Source of the DNA: a virus
Lineage: Duplodnaviria; Caudoviricetes
Direction: 5' to 3' (one strand)
IMG/VR virus record: IMGVR_UViG_3300044999_000048
Location: 1 to 53,709 of that record
Length of the DNA: 53,709 bases
In this document: positions 6,613 to 16,054 of the stretch, piece by piece
How the letters are laid out: the number at the start of each line of letters is the position of its first letter
Position numbering within the stretch: the first letter of the stretch is position 1
The notes under the pieces: generated by a model
Seen by the model: only the letters and a program-made list of their open reading frames with translations
The model's database searches: none
What the model was told of the DNA's origin: nothing
Position numbers and translations under genes: made by a program

Positions 6613-9600
6613 TTAGAACGGTCGTGGTGTAGGTTCTAGGCCGTATTCACCTCGTCCGCCACCGCCGATCGGTGCCGGAGGATTTGCCAACCTATACGCC
6701 GGTGAAATTTCTTTTGCCAACCGGTTCAGTTCACCTGGGATTTTCTCCATCTGGCCTTTGACCACATCTTCTCCCATCGAAAGCAAGGAAGTTGCGCCTT
6801 GTAAGACGTCCCACAGATACGGCCCGAGCGCAAATCGCGCGACGGCCGAGCGCTTGTCGCCCTTGAACCGGTCAAATGACTCGATCATGTTCGATACGAG
6901 CGACGCCCCAATCGCCATGCCGGCATCCTCGGCAACCCGGCCTAGCAACGTGAGTGGGTGGTAGGTTTCCTTCTGGCCAAGTTCCTTGGTCCGTTGCGTG
7001 CGCCCGCGCGCCAGCTCCTGCAGGTCGAGGAACAACTCACCGCCAGCCGGCGCCAGCATCAGGAACGGCACCCACGGCCGGAAATTACCGCGCATCGCTT
7101 CTTTCATTAGAAGATTGCTGAAAAATTTTCCGTTTCGGTAGACGTATGCCTTGAGCATAACGGTCGTGCGCAGGAGCGCCGCTGCGTGCTGGCCAGCTTC
7201 ATCCTTAGCCCGCAGGCGCCACATGGGCGGCAGTTCGGTCGGATCATTAGTTCCCTGCGTAGCCGCGGCCCACCGGGCCCCGGCACGTTTAACCGCTTCG
7301 TCACTCCATTTTCCATTTTGAATGGCCTCGTCAATCAGTTTGTCGGGTACACCCATCAAATCACGGGCTATATGCCGGTAGGTGTGTTGCGGCTTATCCA
7401 TCAGCTTTGGCAATGCCCACCGGGTCAGGAAATTTTCCGCTACTTTGTTGGCCATCACGCGGCTGAATTGATCAAGGCCGCTTACGCCGACAAATTTCAG
7501 GGCGCGGTCCCCGATCCGGTGGCTAACGCCGTACTCGGTGGAAATAAAATCCAGGGTACGTTCTGGCGCAATCGCGCCGGATTCAATCGCCGCGCGGCGC
7601 GCGGCTGGATAATCACTCAGAATTTGGCCAAACGACCGCGCAAACTCCGGAACCCCTACCGCGTCAAACATTCCGGACTTGATGCTGTGAAACATCATCG
7701 GGATAGCCGTGAAATTCATCTTCGTCAGCGCGACCCAGTCCGACGCGAAGGTAAGAAACGACTTCGGCCCTTCGTAGAACGGCTGGCGCATCAGCAGATC
7801 GTCAAAAATCTCGCGTACCTGGCGCCGACCAGCCTCTGGAAGTTGCACAATCTTCCCGTCCAGCACGGCGCGCTTCTGGCCAAACACCTTCGTGCGCCCA
7901 ATCGCTTCGGCAGCGCCATTTAGGTAGCGATAGACCGAGTGGAGCGTCTTTTCGTACCCTTCGATGTCGTGCTCGCGCGTGCGTTCGAGGTTTCCCGATA
8001 GCGGCACGTCCGGCAAGCGCCGGGAATCCAGGAAAGTTTCCGCCGCTACACGAGAGATCCCGCGGCGCTGCATGATGCTAGAAACGATTTCTTCACGCTT
8101 TTTGCTGCCAAACTTGAACACGTCTTCGTCGTAAATGCGCGGCATGTAGCCCGGCCGGCGGTCCTTTGGGAAATCGAAAGTATCGGTTTTCCCGGTAGCT
8201 TCGTTGAACCGCTCGAGTTGCACGCCAGCCTCTACTGCTTTGTCCTGAACATCGAAAAAAAGGTTTTGGAGTTGCTGAACCGCCTTTTCTTGCCAGGAGC
8301 CCGCCTTGACTTCTCGCTCCCCTTCTTTCATTTCCCACACTTCCGTCATGTTTTCCGGCGTGATTTTGTGTTCCTTCACCCAATCGACAAGCTGCCCCAT
8401 CCAGTTGCCGGCCAGCAGCGATCGCTGCGCGTGGTATTCCTGGATGTCGTGGTTCAGTTCGCCGCCCAGTTCCGGCATCCCAGACTTTTTAGTCACCGAA
8501 TCGATGATGTCGCGCCCACTGCGCAAGGCAAACTGCCACATCGAGACGTTTCCAGTTTTTCCAGCCTGCACGAATTCGTAGGCTTCCTTCCCGCCATGCT
8601 TCTTCATCCACTCAATTTGATCTTTGAGCACGCCATGCACCACCGGAGCGTGGTTCCCATCCGTATTGGCGATCTCATCCTCGGCCAGGGCGGCTACGCC
8701 GCTGACAAACTTCTGTTTGTCCTCTGCTTTAGGTAGGGCTTTACCCAAATCGCGCTCGATTGCCTTGGGATCCAGGAAACTGTCCAGCACGTCTTGTATT
8801 TTCTTGTCCAGCGCCGGGTCAGCCGACAAGCCAGCATCACGCCGAAACGTGTCTTTCAGCTCCTTCGACACGCGCTTCGCAGCGTCAATCGGGTCCACGC
8901 CCATTAAAAATGTGCCTTTACCAGGAGGTTTGCCCTCCATATTTGGAGGCGGAGTCAGCCGGGCGCGCACCTTCATACCCTTATTAGGGCCCGTCTGGCT
9001 CTTGGCGTCCGGGATGTCAACCTGTTTGTGTGACTTGAACACTTTCGACGTGTCCAGGAAGTCGGTAAACTCTTTGCCGGCTGCCTTGACGTCGTCGCCA
9101 TGCTCGTACTGTAGCGCTTCGTTCGCGTTAGACAGCCCTTCGGTAAGTGGAGACCTGAAATCGACGCCGTTTACGACCGCGTTGAGCGCCTCCAGGCGCG
9201 GCACGATTCGACCCACCACAAGCTTCACTTCCGGCGCGACGTTGCTTAACAGAAACGCTGCGTTCGTGTCTGACTTCGTGCCGTATCGCCACGTTCGGCC
9301 GGCACCTTGCTCAAACGCATAGCCGGACCACGGCAAGCCGTGATAGATCGAGAACCGCGGAGCGTCGCCAGCCGTGTCATGCAGGCTAAGCCCAAGCCCG
9401 CCAGCAGCGTAGGTTGTGTAGAAAACCTTTTTCTGCCCGGTCTGGAAGCCTGCAAGCTGCTTTTCGCGCGCCGAGGAGTAGCCGCCGCTGTAGTCGGCAA
9501 AGTCTTCGCCAAACGCTTCCTTAAGCGCTGGAACAAACCCTTGAATGGGCGGCAAAATCTTGGAAATAAAGCCGTTCATCGAAGCGTCTGGATCAACGAG

Positions 9601-12600
9601 CGGCTTATAGAGCGTGTTGACCTCGCTGTGCGTCTCCGAGAAAATCGGTACTTGGTAACCTGCCTTCATGGCCCGTCGCGCCATCTCGATCGTGGCCGGG
9701 ATCCGTGTTGACTCGATGTAGTGCTTCAGGTAGTTCATCTTATTCGCGGACACTACCATCATCATTCGCTTGTTGCCGCGACGCTGGTAGTACTCCCTGG
9801 CCAGCGCAAACGCGCGATCGATGTTGCGCACACCTTGAACCTGCTCCGGCGTGAGCGGCACAACAGCAAAGTGAGCGTTGAAGCCGTCGAAGTTCTTCTC
9901 TTGGTTGATAAACTGCCCGCGCTCAATCAATTGCTGGCGCAGCTTTTCGAGTTTGAATGGGTTGGTATGGCCTTGCCAGGCGCCTTCGGCGCTTCGGCTA
10001 ATCCCGAATTGCCTGACCCACTGATCAAACGGCCGGCCTTTCCACAGACCAAGTTTGGTTAGGTATTGCAGTTCGGCCGCATTCGTGAACGGCGTAGCCG
10101 ACAGGTACATCACCTTCTTGGCGTTGTTGCCCATGTCGGCTACGAGGCCGCCGCGCTTAGAGGTTTCCGACCCGCGCGCCTGTCCCGCTTCGTCGACGAC
10201 TACCAAGTCCCACGGAAATTTTTCAATTCCTTCGCGGTTGCGTGCCGTATCCATCGTGGTAGCGTACACGCCCGGTTTGGGAGGCTCAGCCTTGGCTCGC
10301 GGATCGTAGTAGTGATCGGTATCAGCGTTGACACCAAAACCTTTGGCGATGTCGACCCAGTCGTCGACCAGCTTACGGCTGGCCGTCAGGTAAAGAATGT
10401 GCTTGAACTGCTCTGGCGCGCTCTCCTGGACGTGACGAATAATCGCTGATGACAGGTAGCTCTTTCCCGTACCAGTAGGCAGGCCAAGCACAACCCCGCC
10501 AGAACCATCGAGCAACTCGGAAAGCCCATAGTCCGCAATCGCGTCTTGGCCCGGGAAAATCAGTTTGTCAGCAATATGCTGAAAAACACGCTGCGTCGGA
10601 ATTCGCGCATTTGGAGGTAAACGTGCGTCGTTGACCACTTTTTTCCACGCTTCAGTTTTCCAAGCTGGTTGCCTAGAACGTTCTGGCTGGGGCGTTAATT
10701 CGGCTGGGGCGACATTTGATAGCCCTGTAGCTCGCGCTGTACGTCCTCTTCCTGCGCCAACCTTTCCACCTGCTCCCGGAACCCCTCCTGGGGCTCCTCC
10801 GGCTCCGGGCTGGACGGTGGCGGCGCCTGGTTCATCAGCTTTTCCAGTTGGCTTAACGTCTTGCAATGGAGCAGGCGCATTAGGTAAGCCTCCCTCGGCA
10901 GCGGCTTTCTCTCCACTGGTCACCTCCCTGAAAACATTCATCTTCTCTCGAACTTTTTGATCATCGGCCCCACCACGAATCGCTGCGACCGCGCGCTCCC
11001 AGGCATGATCGGTCATCATTTTCCAAGCTTCTTCCAGGTGCGGGCGCGCCCATTCGCCAACGGTTTCAATCGTCTTCTTGGCCACATCTGCGAAACTACG
11101 AATCCCGCGCTCGACGTGGTACCCCATGACCGTGGCAATGTCTTTTAGGTCTTCGGGATCAATGCCGGCCTGCAGGCGCCCGCGGCGCTTCTTCATTCGT
11201 TCAATTGCCGCATCGGCCGCGCTTTTCGGGAAAATCGTGTTCTTGTCTTCGGGCGTTGGCGCTATCTTACCTTCCATTTCGACGTTACGGGCCCGAATTC
11301 CCTGTTCGATGTTTTTAGGCATAGTTAACGACGGTGGAATTTCACCAGGAGCAGGCCCTTGCGGGGCTACTGCCTGTGCAGGCTTACGCTGCTGGACCTC
11401 GGGCGGCACAATTTCCAGAAGCCGTTGTTTTAACTCTGCTGCGCGCTGCGCGGCCATCTGGCGCTCTTCCGGAGTGGCTTTCTCATCCCGAGCAATAGCT
11501 TCTGCTTTGGTAATTTCCGCTTGCAATGGGATTTCTTGAGATTTCTGAGATAACGGCTCTGGTGGCGCAGCCATTTTCGGCGCTTCCAGCGGCGGAGGAG
11601 GCGCTGGCACCCCCTCCGGAACCTGCGCTTCCTCCGCCAGCAGGCTTGGTCCGACCACGGCGTTCATGGCACCGCGGAGCAAGCCGGCTTTATCTGGAGC
11701 TTCACCTGCGCCGCCAAACATCGTGCCCTGGTCCTTCCGCCCAGCGCGCATGGCATCGTCGGCATAGGTATTCAAAATGTCAGACACATTGGCCGGCCGG
11801 CGCGCATTTCGGCCCAAAATCGTCAATAATTCACGCGCCGCCGGGCTGATATCCTGGCCGTACAACTTTCCCTGGCTGAGGTAGTCCGCGACCGATTGGC
11901 CTTGCTCTCTCAAGGCCGACAGCTTCCGCGCAGCCTCCACTATGTCGTCAGAGAGACGCAAGTCGTGTAAGGTGCCTTCGTCGACCAACTGATTGAGTTG
12001 CGCGAACTTCGGCGCCGCCGCGAGCATCGCTTTTGTGGCCGCGCGAATATTATTGTTTGGGTCCTCAGAGAGCTTCTCCATGAGCGCTTCCGACCCCGGG
12101 AACGCTTTAGCGAAGATAGCCGCCTGGATCCGGCGCACACCGTCCTGGTTGATTTGCCCATTCGCCATCATGAACTTCGACCGGTCGGCTGGAGAGATCA
12201 CCTCGCTAAAGAATCGCTGGATAAACCCTTGATTGCCAGCCACAAACAGGTTGCCGTCCTCCGACGGCTGCAGAATGGCCATCAGGTCCGGCGTCATAGC
12301 CTGCGAATCGGCCTTGGCCGTTTCGACTTGGCTCATCGAAGCTTCAAACGGCTCGTTCAGTTCCCTGGAAAACGCTTCGGCAGTAAGTCCAATACTTTCA
12401 AGCGGCGTACGGCGTATCCGGACCAGCACCGGTTGTCGCATTTTTGCTACAGTTTCCGAGTCCACTCCAAATTTGGAGTAATTCTGCGCGAGCCACGCCT
12501 TGTACTCATCCGCTTTCTTATCACCAATTTGGTACAGGAATTTCAAGACCATCGAGCGCATGTTGCCGCCATCGACGAACAGGTCATCACCCACCACCGG

Positions 12601-15480
12601 TGCGCCGTTATTTCCCGAGAAATTCTCGCCCAGCATGGACGGATCAAATTGGGCCCCAATGCTCAGGAATTGGTCCTTGCTAAACGCTCGGTTGCGGTTC
12701 CGCGGCTGGCGCCGGGCCGGATAGTTTGGATTCGGATTCAAATCCGAGTCGTGTGACGGCTCGATTTGCTTGGCTTCCACCACGGCATATTGGAAGTCGA
12801 CCGAACTGCCGCGCGCCGTCTTGATCGTGCCGTTACTGCCAAGCTGCCGCGGCAGGATCGGGACCGCGGGGCGGTCGCGCTCCGGATCAGGCTTGGCCTC
12901 GGGCGGCAATTTGTCGTTCAAAGCATCTTGTTGCTTCGAAAGGGCTTGAATCGTCTTGTCCGCATCGTCGACAGCCTTTTCCAGACGGCCGTAATCTTCT
13001 GGGACCGACTGTCTCAAAGCTTCCTGGACGTCGTCGCGACGTTCTTGCAGCGATCGAATCGCTTCCGCCAGCGTGGTGACGAGGTGACGCGCGTCCTCGG
13101 CCTCTTGCCGTGCCTTCCTAGCCTCTTCTGGCGTCGTTTCCAGAATATATGGCTTATCCTCCAGTTGCGCTTGCCCACGGTCACGGAATTCGTCTTCTCC
13201 TGGGGTTTTAGAGAGTTCCGCTTCTTGTCGCTGCTGGCGAGCGTACTCGTCGCCGACAATTGCGCGATCGATGCGCTGCTCGTATTTTCGTTGTTCGTTG
13301 CGTCGTCGGCGCTTGTCGCCCTTGATCGCCTCGTCGATGCGTTTTTCGAGGGCTTCTTCAGCCTTCTGGGCGCGCAGGCGCGCTTCCTCAGCATCCTTAA
13401 CCATATTCTCCAAAAGCAGCGATTGCTCGCCAGGGAGCAGGCGCGGGCCGGTCGGAGCACGGTCCACCGGCGTAGTAACACTTTCAACTGGTTTAGGTGT
13501 AGCTGTGAGTACCGGTGGTCGCTCCGTGGTCTCTGGAGGCTTGGGAACACCACCCTCACCCAGGCGCGCTTGCGGCGTAGGAGCCAATCCTTGACGTATC
13601 TCCGGGCCCGGGAGCGGTGCTGGAGGCGCGGGGCGCGCAGCGAGTTCTCCAGGAGGTTGACGCACAATGGCAGTAGCTCGAGCGCGCCGATCCTCGTACT
13701 GCTGTACAACAGGATTGTTTTTAATGAATTCTTGACGAATGTTCTCGATTTCTTGACGCCTAGCAAGCATCTCTCGATCATAATCAGCTCGGAGATCGGC
13801 TAGTCTTTGCTGCTGCTGGTGCGTTACCTCATCTTCGATCAGCCGTTGCGCCTCGACTTCTTGGGCAATCATCTGGTGCCAAGCGGGCTCAACCTCTTCA
13901 ATTGTCTTGCGAGCCTCCTGCTGAGCGTTGAAAAGTTGCTCGTTAAACGCTTTGTTTTGTTCCGCAAGTTTCTTGGCCTGTTCCTCCGGATATCCCATGG
14001 CGGCAACGTCGCCGGGCTCGCCCATGACGTACTTCGCGCGCGAAAGTAGGGACTTGGCCTCGTCGACCCATCCGCGGCGCAGGAGTCCGTCCACTAACTC
14101 TGAGTAGGCTTTGATGTCGGCTTCGTTGGCGCCATAAGACTCCTTCGTGCGCGCATTGGCCCACTGACGGAAGGCCGGGTCAGAGAATTTTTCAGTTTCC
14201 TCGACAGGAACTTTCTGAAGAGCTTCTAAATCCTTTGGATTTTTTGTCTTTTCCCAGTCGGTTGTAACGCCATCGCGCGGTTTTTCGTGGATGCCAAATT
14301 GGTGCTCGAGATAAGCGGTCTGCAAAGCCTTGATTTGCGGCCCAACGCGCTCTTCGGGAGCAGCCTTTGTACCCTTTGGGACTTCTGTTGGGAATTTTTT
14401 GCCCGTAAACTTCTCGTACGCCGTTTTGATGGCTGCGAGGTCACGGTTGTTTTCAGCCTTTTGCAAGTCTTCGAGAAACGGCGCGCGGCTCTTGTTGGCT
14501 TTCAGAACTTGTTCTGACACCTCGGCGCGCTGCGCTTGTGGCAGATCCACCCAATCACGCTTGTAGGTTTTCTTCGAAACTGCGTCCAGGGTGTTTAGTG
14601 TTCCCATCGTCCGAATTTTGTGAATCGAAGAAAGCGTTCCCAAAGCACTGAAAGCGCCGTCGATGCCAGCTCCAAGCGTATCAACCGCCGCACCTTCGTA
14701 ATCTCCAGATTTGAACTTGCCCCACGCGCTTTTTGCACCCTCGTAGGCGCCGTACCCCTGCATGGCGGCAAAGCCGACGTCAGCGCCGGTGCGAAACATC
14801 CCGGCCGCACCTTTTAGGCCGGCTACGCCGCCCGTTTCTCCGCTCATCAGCAACACCAAATTGCGCGGATCAAGAGCTAAGTGTTGCACCGTGTTCATCA
14901 CCTTATCCGCTAAAGCGTTGGCAATCCTTTGCGCGGGAGTGTAGGGATGTCGACGTGCTTCTTCTTCGAGGGAAACCTGCTGGCCTTTATCCCGGTCCAT
15001 GTACTGGTAGGCTTCGAGGCGGTCTTGTTCTTGGTATTTTTTCTTGGCTGCGTCCGCCTTGTCGATGAACTCATTGATCTTGTCGAACGGCTCTACCAGG
15101 TAGTGATTGGCTCGCGTGAGCCACCACGACTGCGCTCCCATGTGCGGATCTTCATGTTTTGGCAACTCCATTTCTGGATGCCGCACGTAGAACGATTTGT
15201 CCGTCTCGCTCATCCAGGAAGGAACCTGCCGAGCCGGTTCAGGGATGGAAACGCGCTGCCCGGGCCCAAGCGTCGGCTTAGGCGGTGGCGCTGTCATCTG
15301 TGCGCGCTTGGTGGTCAGGAAGGAAGAGACTTGGCCTTTAAGGTTTTTGGGGGACGCAGGTGTGGGCGGTTTCGCGGCACGTTCCGGCACGGATGGCGGG
15401 GTAGGGGCAAGAGACGCACGGCGGGTAGTTAAAAAACTGTGGAGCTGCGTTTGAAGATCGTTGCTTTGGTCCGCCATCAA
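6613..15480 (-). CDS. Large polyvalent (probably virion-injected) protein: coiled coils, DdrB-like ParB domain and strawberry-notch-like SF2 helicase
   Basis: YAVVEA..IEPSH...NYP...QPRNR...GAPVV...VDGGNMR (DdrB-ParB-like); GLPTGTGKS, VVVDEAG, YLSATP, AAGGLGLSLHD, LPWSG..EQGAGRTWRYG (SF2). Last gene of the ejection-type cluster. Confidence 0.8.
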   Translation of the reverse strand: MMADQSNDLQTQLHSFLTTRRASLAPTPPSVPERAAKPPTPASPKNLKGQVSSFLTTKRAQMTAPPPKPTLGPGQRVSIPEPARQVPSWMSETDKSFYVRHPEMELPKHEDPHMGAQSWWLTRANHYLVEPFDKINEFIDKADAAKKKYQEQDRLEAYQYMDRDKGQQVSLEEEARRHPYTPAQRIANALADKVMNTVQHLALDPRNLVLLMSGETGGVAGLKGAAGMFRTGADVGFAAMQGYGAYEGAKSAWGKFKSGDYEGAAVDTLGAGIDGAFSALGTLSSIHKIRTMGTLNTLDAVSKKTYKRDWVDLPQAQRAEVSEQVLKANKSRAPFLEDLQKAENNRDLAAIKTAYEKFTGKKFPTEVPKGTKAAPEERVGPQIKALQTAYLEHQFGIHEKPRDGVTTDWEKTKNPKDLEALQKVPVEETEKFSDPAFRQWANARTKESYGANEADIKAYSELVDGLLRRGWVDEAKSLLSRAKYVMGEPGDVAAMGYPEEQAKKLAEQNKAFNEQLFNAQQEARKTIEEVEPAWHQMIAQEVEAQRLIEDEVTHQQQQRLADLRADYDREMLARRQEIENIRQEFIKNNPVVQQYEDRRARATAIVRQPPGELAARPAPPAPLPGPEIRQGLAPTPQARLGEGGVPKPPETTERPPVLTATPKPVESVTTPVDRAPTGPRLLPGEQSLLLENMVKDAEEARLRAQKAEEALEKRIDEAIKGDKRRRRNEQRKYEQRIDRAIVGDEYARQQRQEAELSKTPGEDEFRDRGQAQLEDKPYILETTPEEARKARQEAEDARHLVTTLAEAIRSLQERRDDVQEALRQSVPEDYGRLEKAVDDADKTIQALSKQQDALNDKLPPEAKPDPERDRPAVPILPRQLGSNGTIKTARGSSVDFQYAVVEAKQIEPSHDSDLNPNPNYPARRQPRNRNRAFSKDQFLSIGAQFDPSMLGENFSGNNGAPVVGDDLFVDGGNMRSMVLKFLYQIGDKKADEYKAWLAQNYSKFGVDSETVAKMRQPVLVRIRRTPLESIGLTAEAFSRELNEPFEASMSQVETAKADSQAMTPDLMAILQPSEDGNLFVAGNQGFIQRFFSEVISPADRSKFMMANGQINQDGVRRIQAAIFAKAFPGSEALMEKLSEDPNNNIRAATKAMLAAAPKFAQLNQLVDEGTLHDLRLSDDIVEAARKLSALREQGQSVADYLSQGKLYGQDISPAARELLTILGRNARRPANVSDILNTYADDAMRAGRKDQGTMFGGAGEAPDKAGLLRGAMNAVVGPSLLAEEAQVPEGVPAPPPPLEAPKMAAPPEPLSQKSQEIPLQAEITKAEAIARDEKATPEERQMAAQRAAELKQRLLEIVPPEVQQRKPAQAVAPQGPAPGEIPPSLTMPKNIEQGIRARNVEMEGKIAPTPEDKNTIFPKSAADAAIERMKKRRGRLQAGIDPEDLKDIATVMGYHVERGIRSFADVAKKTIETVGEWARPHLEEAWKMMTDHAWERAVAAIRGGADDQKVREKMNVFREVTSGEKAAAEGGLPNAPAPLQDVKPTGKADEPGAATVQPGAGGAPGGVPGAGGKVGAGRGRTARATGLSNVAPAELTPQPERSRQPAWKTEAWKKVVNDARLPPNARIPTQRVFQHIADKLIFPGQDAIADYGLSELLDGSGGVVLGLPTGTGKSYLSSAIIRHVQESAPEQFKHILYLTASRKLVDDWVDIAKGFGVNADTDHYYDPRAKAEPPKPGVYATTMDTARNREGIEKFPWDLVVVDEAGQARGSETSKRGGLVADMGNNAKKVMYLSATPFTNAAELQYLTKLGLWKGRPFDQWVRQFGISRSAEGAWQGHTNPFKLEKLRQQLIERGQFINQEKNFDGFNAHFAVVPLTPEQVQGVRNIDRAFALAREYYQRRGNKRMMMVVSANKMNYLKHYIESTRIPATIEMARRAMKAGYQVPIFSETHSEVNTLYKPLVDPDASMNGFISKILPPIQGFVPALKEAFGEDFADYSGGYSSAREKQLAGFQTGQKKVFYTTYAAGGLGLSLHDTAGDAPRFSIYHGLPWSGYAFEQGAGRTWRYGTKSDTNAAFLLSNVAPEVKLVVGRIVPRLEALNAVVNGVDFRSPLTEGLSNANEALQYEHGDDVKAAGKEFTDFLDTSKVFKSHKQVDIPDAKSQTGPNKGMKVRARLTPPPNMEGKPPGKGTFLMGVDPIDAAKRVSKELKDTFRRDAGLSADPALDKKIQDVLDSFLDPKAIERDLGKALPKAEDKQKFVSGVAALAEDEIANTDGNHAPVVHGVLKDQIEWMKKHGGKEAYEFVQAGKTGNVSMWQFALRSGRDIIDSVTKKSGMPELGGELNHDIQEYHAQRSLLAGNWMGQLVDWVKEHKITPENMTEVWEMKEGEREVKAGSWQEKAVQQLQNLFFDVQDKAVEAGVQLERFNEATGKTDTFDFPKDRRPGYMPRIYDEDVFKFGSKKREEIVSSIMQRRGISRVAAETFLDSRRLPDVPLSGNLERTREHDIEGYEKTLHSVYRYLNGAAEAIGRTKVFGQKRAVLDGKIVQLPEAGRRQVREIFDDLLMRQPFYEGPKSFLTFASDWVALTKMNFTAIPMMFHSIKSGMFDAVGVPEFARSFGQILSDYPAARRAAIESGAIAPERTLDFISTEYGVSHRIGDRALKFVGVSGLDQFSRVMANKVAENFLTRWALPKLMDKPQHTYRHIARDLMGVPDKLIDEAIQNGKWSDEAVKRAGARWAAATQGTNDPTELPPMWRLRAKDEAGQHAAALLRTTVMLKAYVYRNGKFFSNLLMKEAMRGNFRPWVPFLMLAPAGGELFLDLQELARGRTQRTKELGQKETYHPLTLLGRVAEDAGMAIGASLVSNMIESFDRFKGDKRSAVARFALGPYLWDVLQGATSLLSMGEDVVKGQMEKIPGELNRLAKEISPAYRLANPPAPIGGGGRGEYGLEPTPRPF

Positions 15481-16008
15481 TCATTCCGCCGACTTCCCTG
15501 TAGACAGATAACGTTTCATTTTTTCAATAATCTCTAGTTGTTTAGGGGAATACCTGTCAGTCGATTTCCACTCATCCCCCTGTCCTTCAGCTAACCGCCC
15601 TCGAATATACATATCGTCGATCGAATTCTTGGATACGCCACGTTCTTTTTGTATCTTGGCGTTAAACTCCGCAATTTTTGGCGGATAGTTCTCAGTAAAC
15701 TGTTTGCGCAACGATGCAAAATAAGGATCCTTGGACATCCCGTGCAACAAATCACCATAAATCGCCTGCTTTAATTTCTCAGGGTTATTCCGTAGCTCAG
15801 GGCTGTAAATTTCAAGAACATGTTTTCCATCATGCCCTGTAGGTCTTTGAAAATCTTTGGAACCTGATTCCTCGGGAGACCAATACTCAAGCTGTCTATC
15901 ACTACCACCCTGCTTTTTAAGCGCAGCCATGCGTTCTGGTGATGCAAAAACGACACTAACATTGCCAGGCTTGTATATTTTTGCCAGCCCATGATTTTCT
16001 GACAGCAA
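15481..16008 (-). CDS. Hypothetical domain, possibly the frameshifted C-terminus of the upstream 540-aa gene
   Basis: TTG start without clear SD; its frame stays open back to the G7 run at 16061-16067; AT-richer than neighbours. Confidence 0.55.
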   Translation of the reverse strand: MLSENHGLAKIYKPGNVSVVFASPERMAALKKQGGSDRQLEYWSPEESGSKDFQRPTGHDGKHVLEIYSPELRNNPEKLKQAIYGDLLHGMSKDPYFASLRKQFTENYPPKIAEFNAKIQKERGVSKNSIDDMYIRGRLAEGQGDEWKSTDRYSPKQLEIIEKMKRYLSTGKSAE

Positions 16009-16054
16009 AGTGCTAACTTGACTGGTTGCATTTTCTTCATCTTTTGGTGTGGCG

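Noticed and set aside
6613-15480. Giant ORF as tape measure protein or virion RNA polymerase
   Set aside because: It has helicase and ParB-like motifs, no polymerase motif I could recognise, and there are no tail tube, sheath or chaperone genes.
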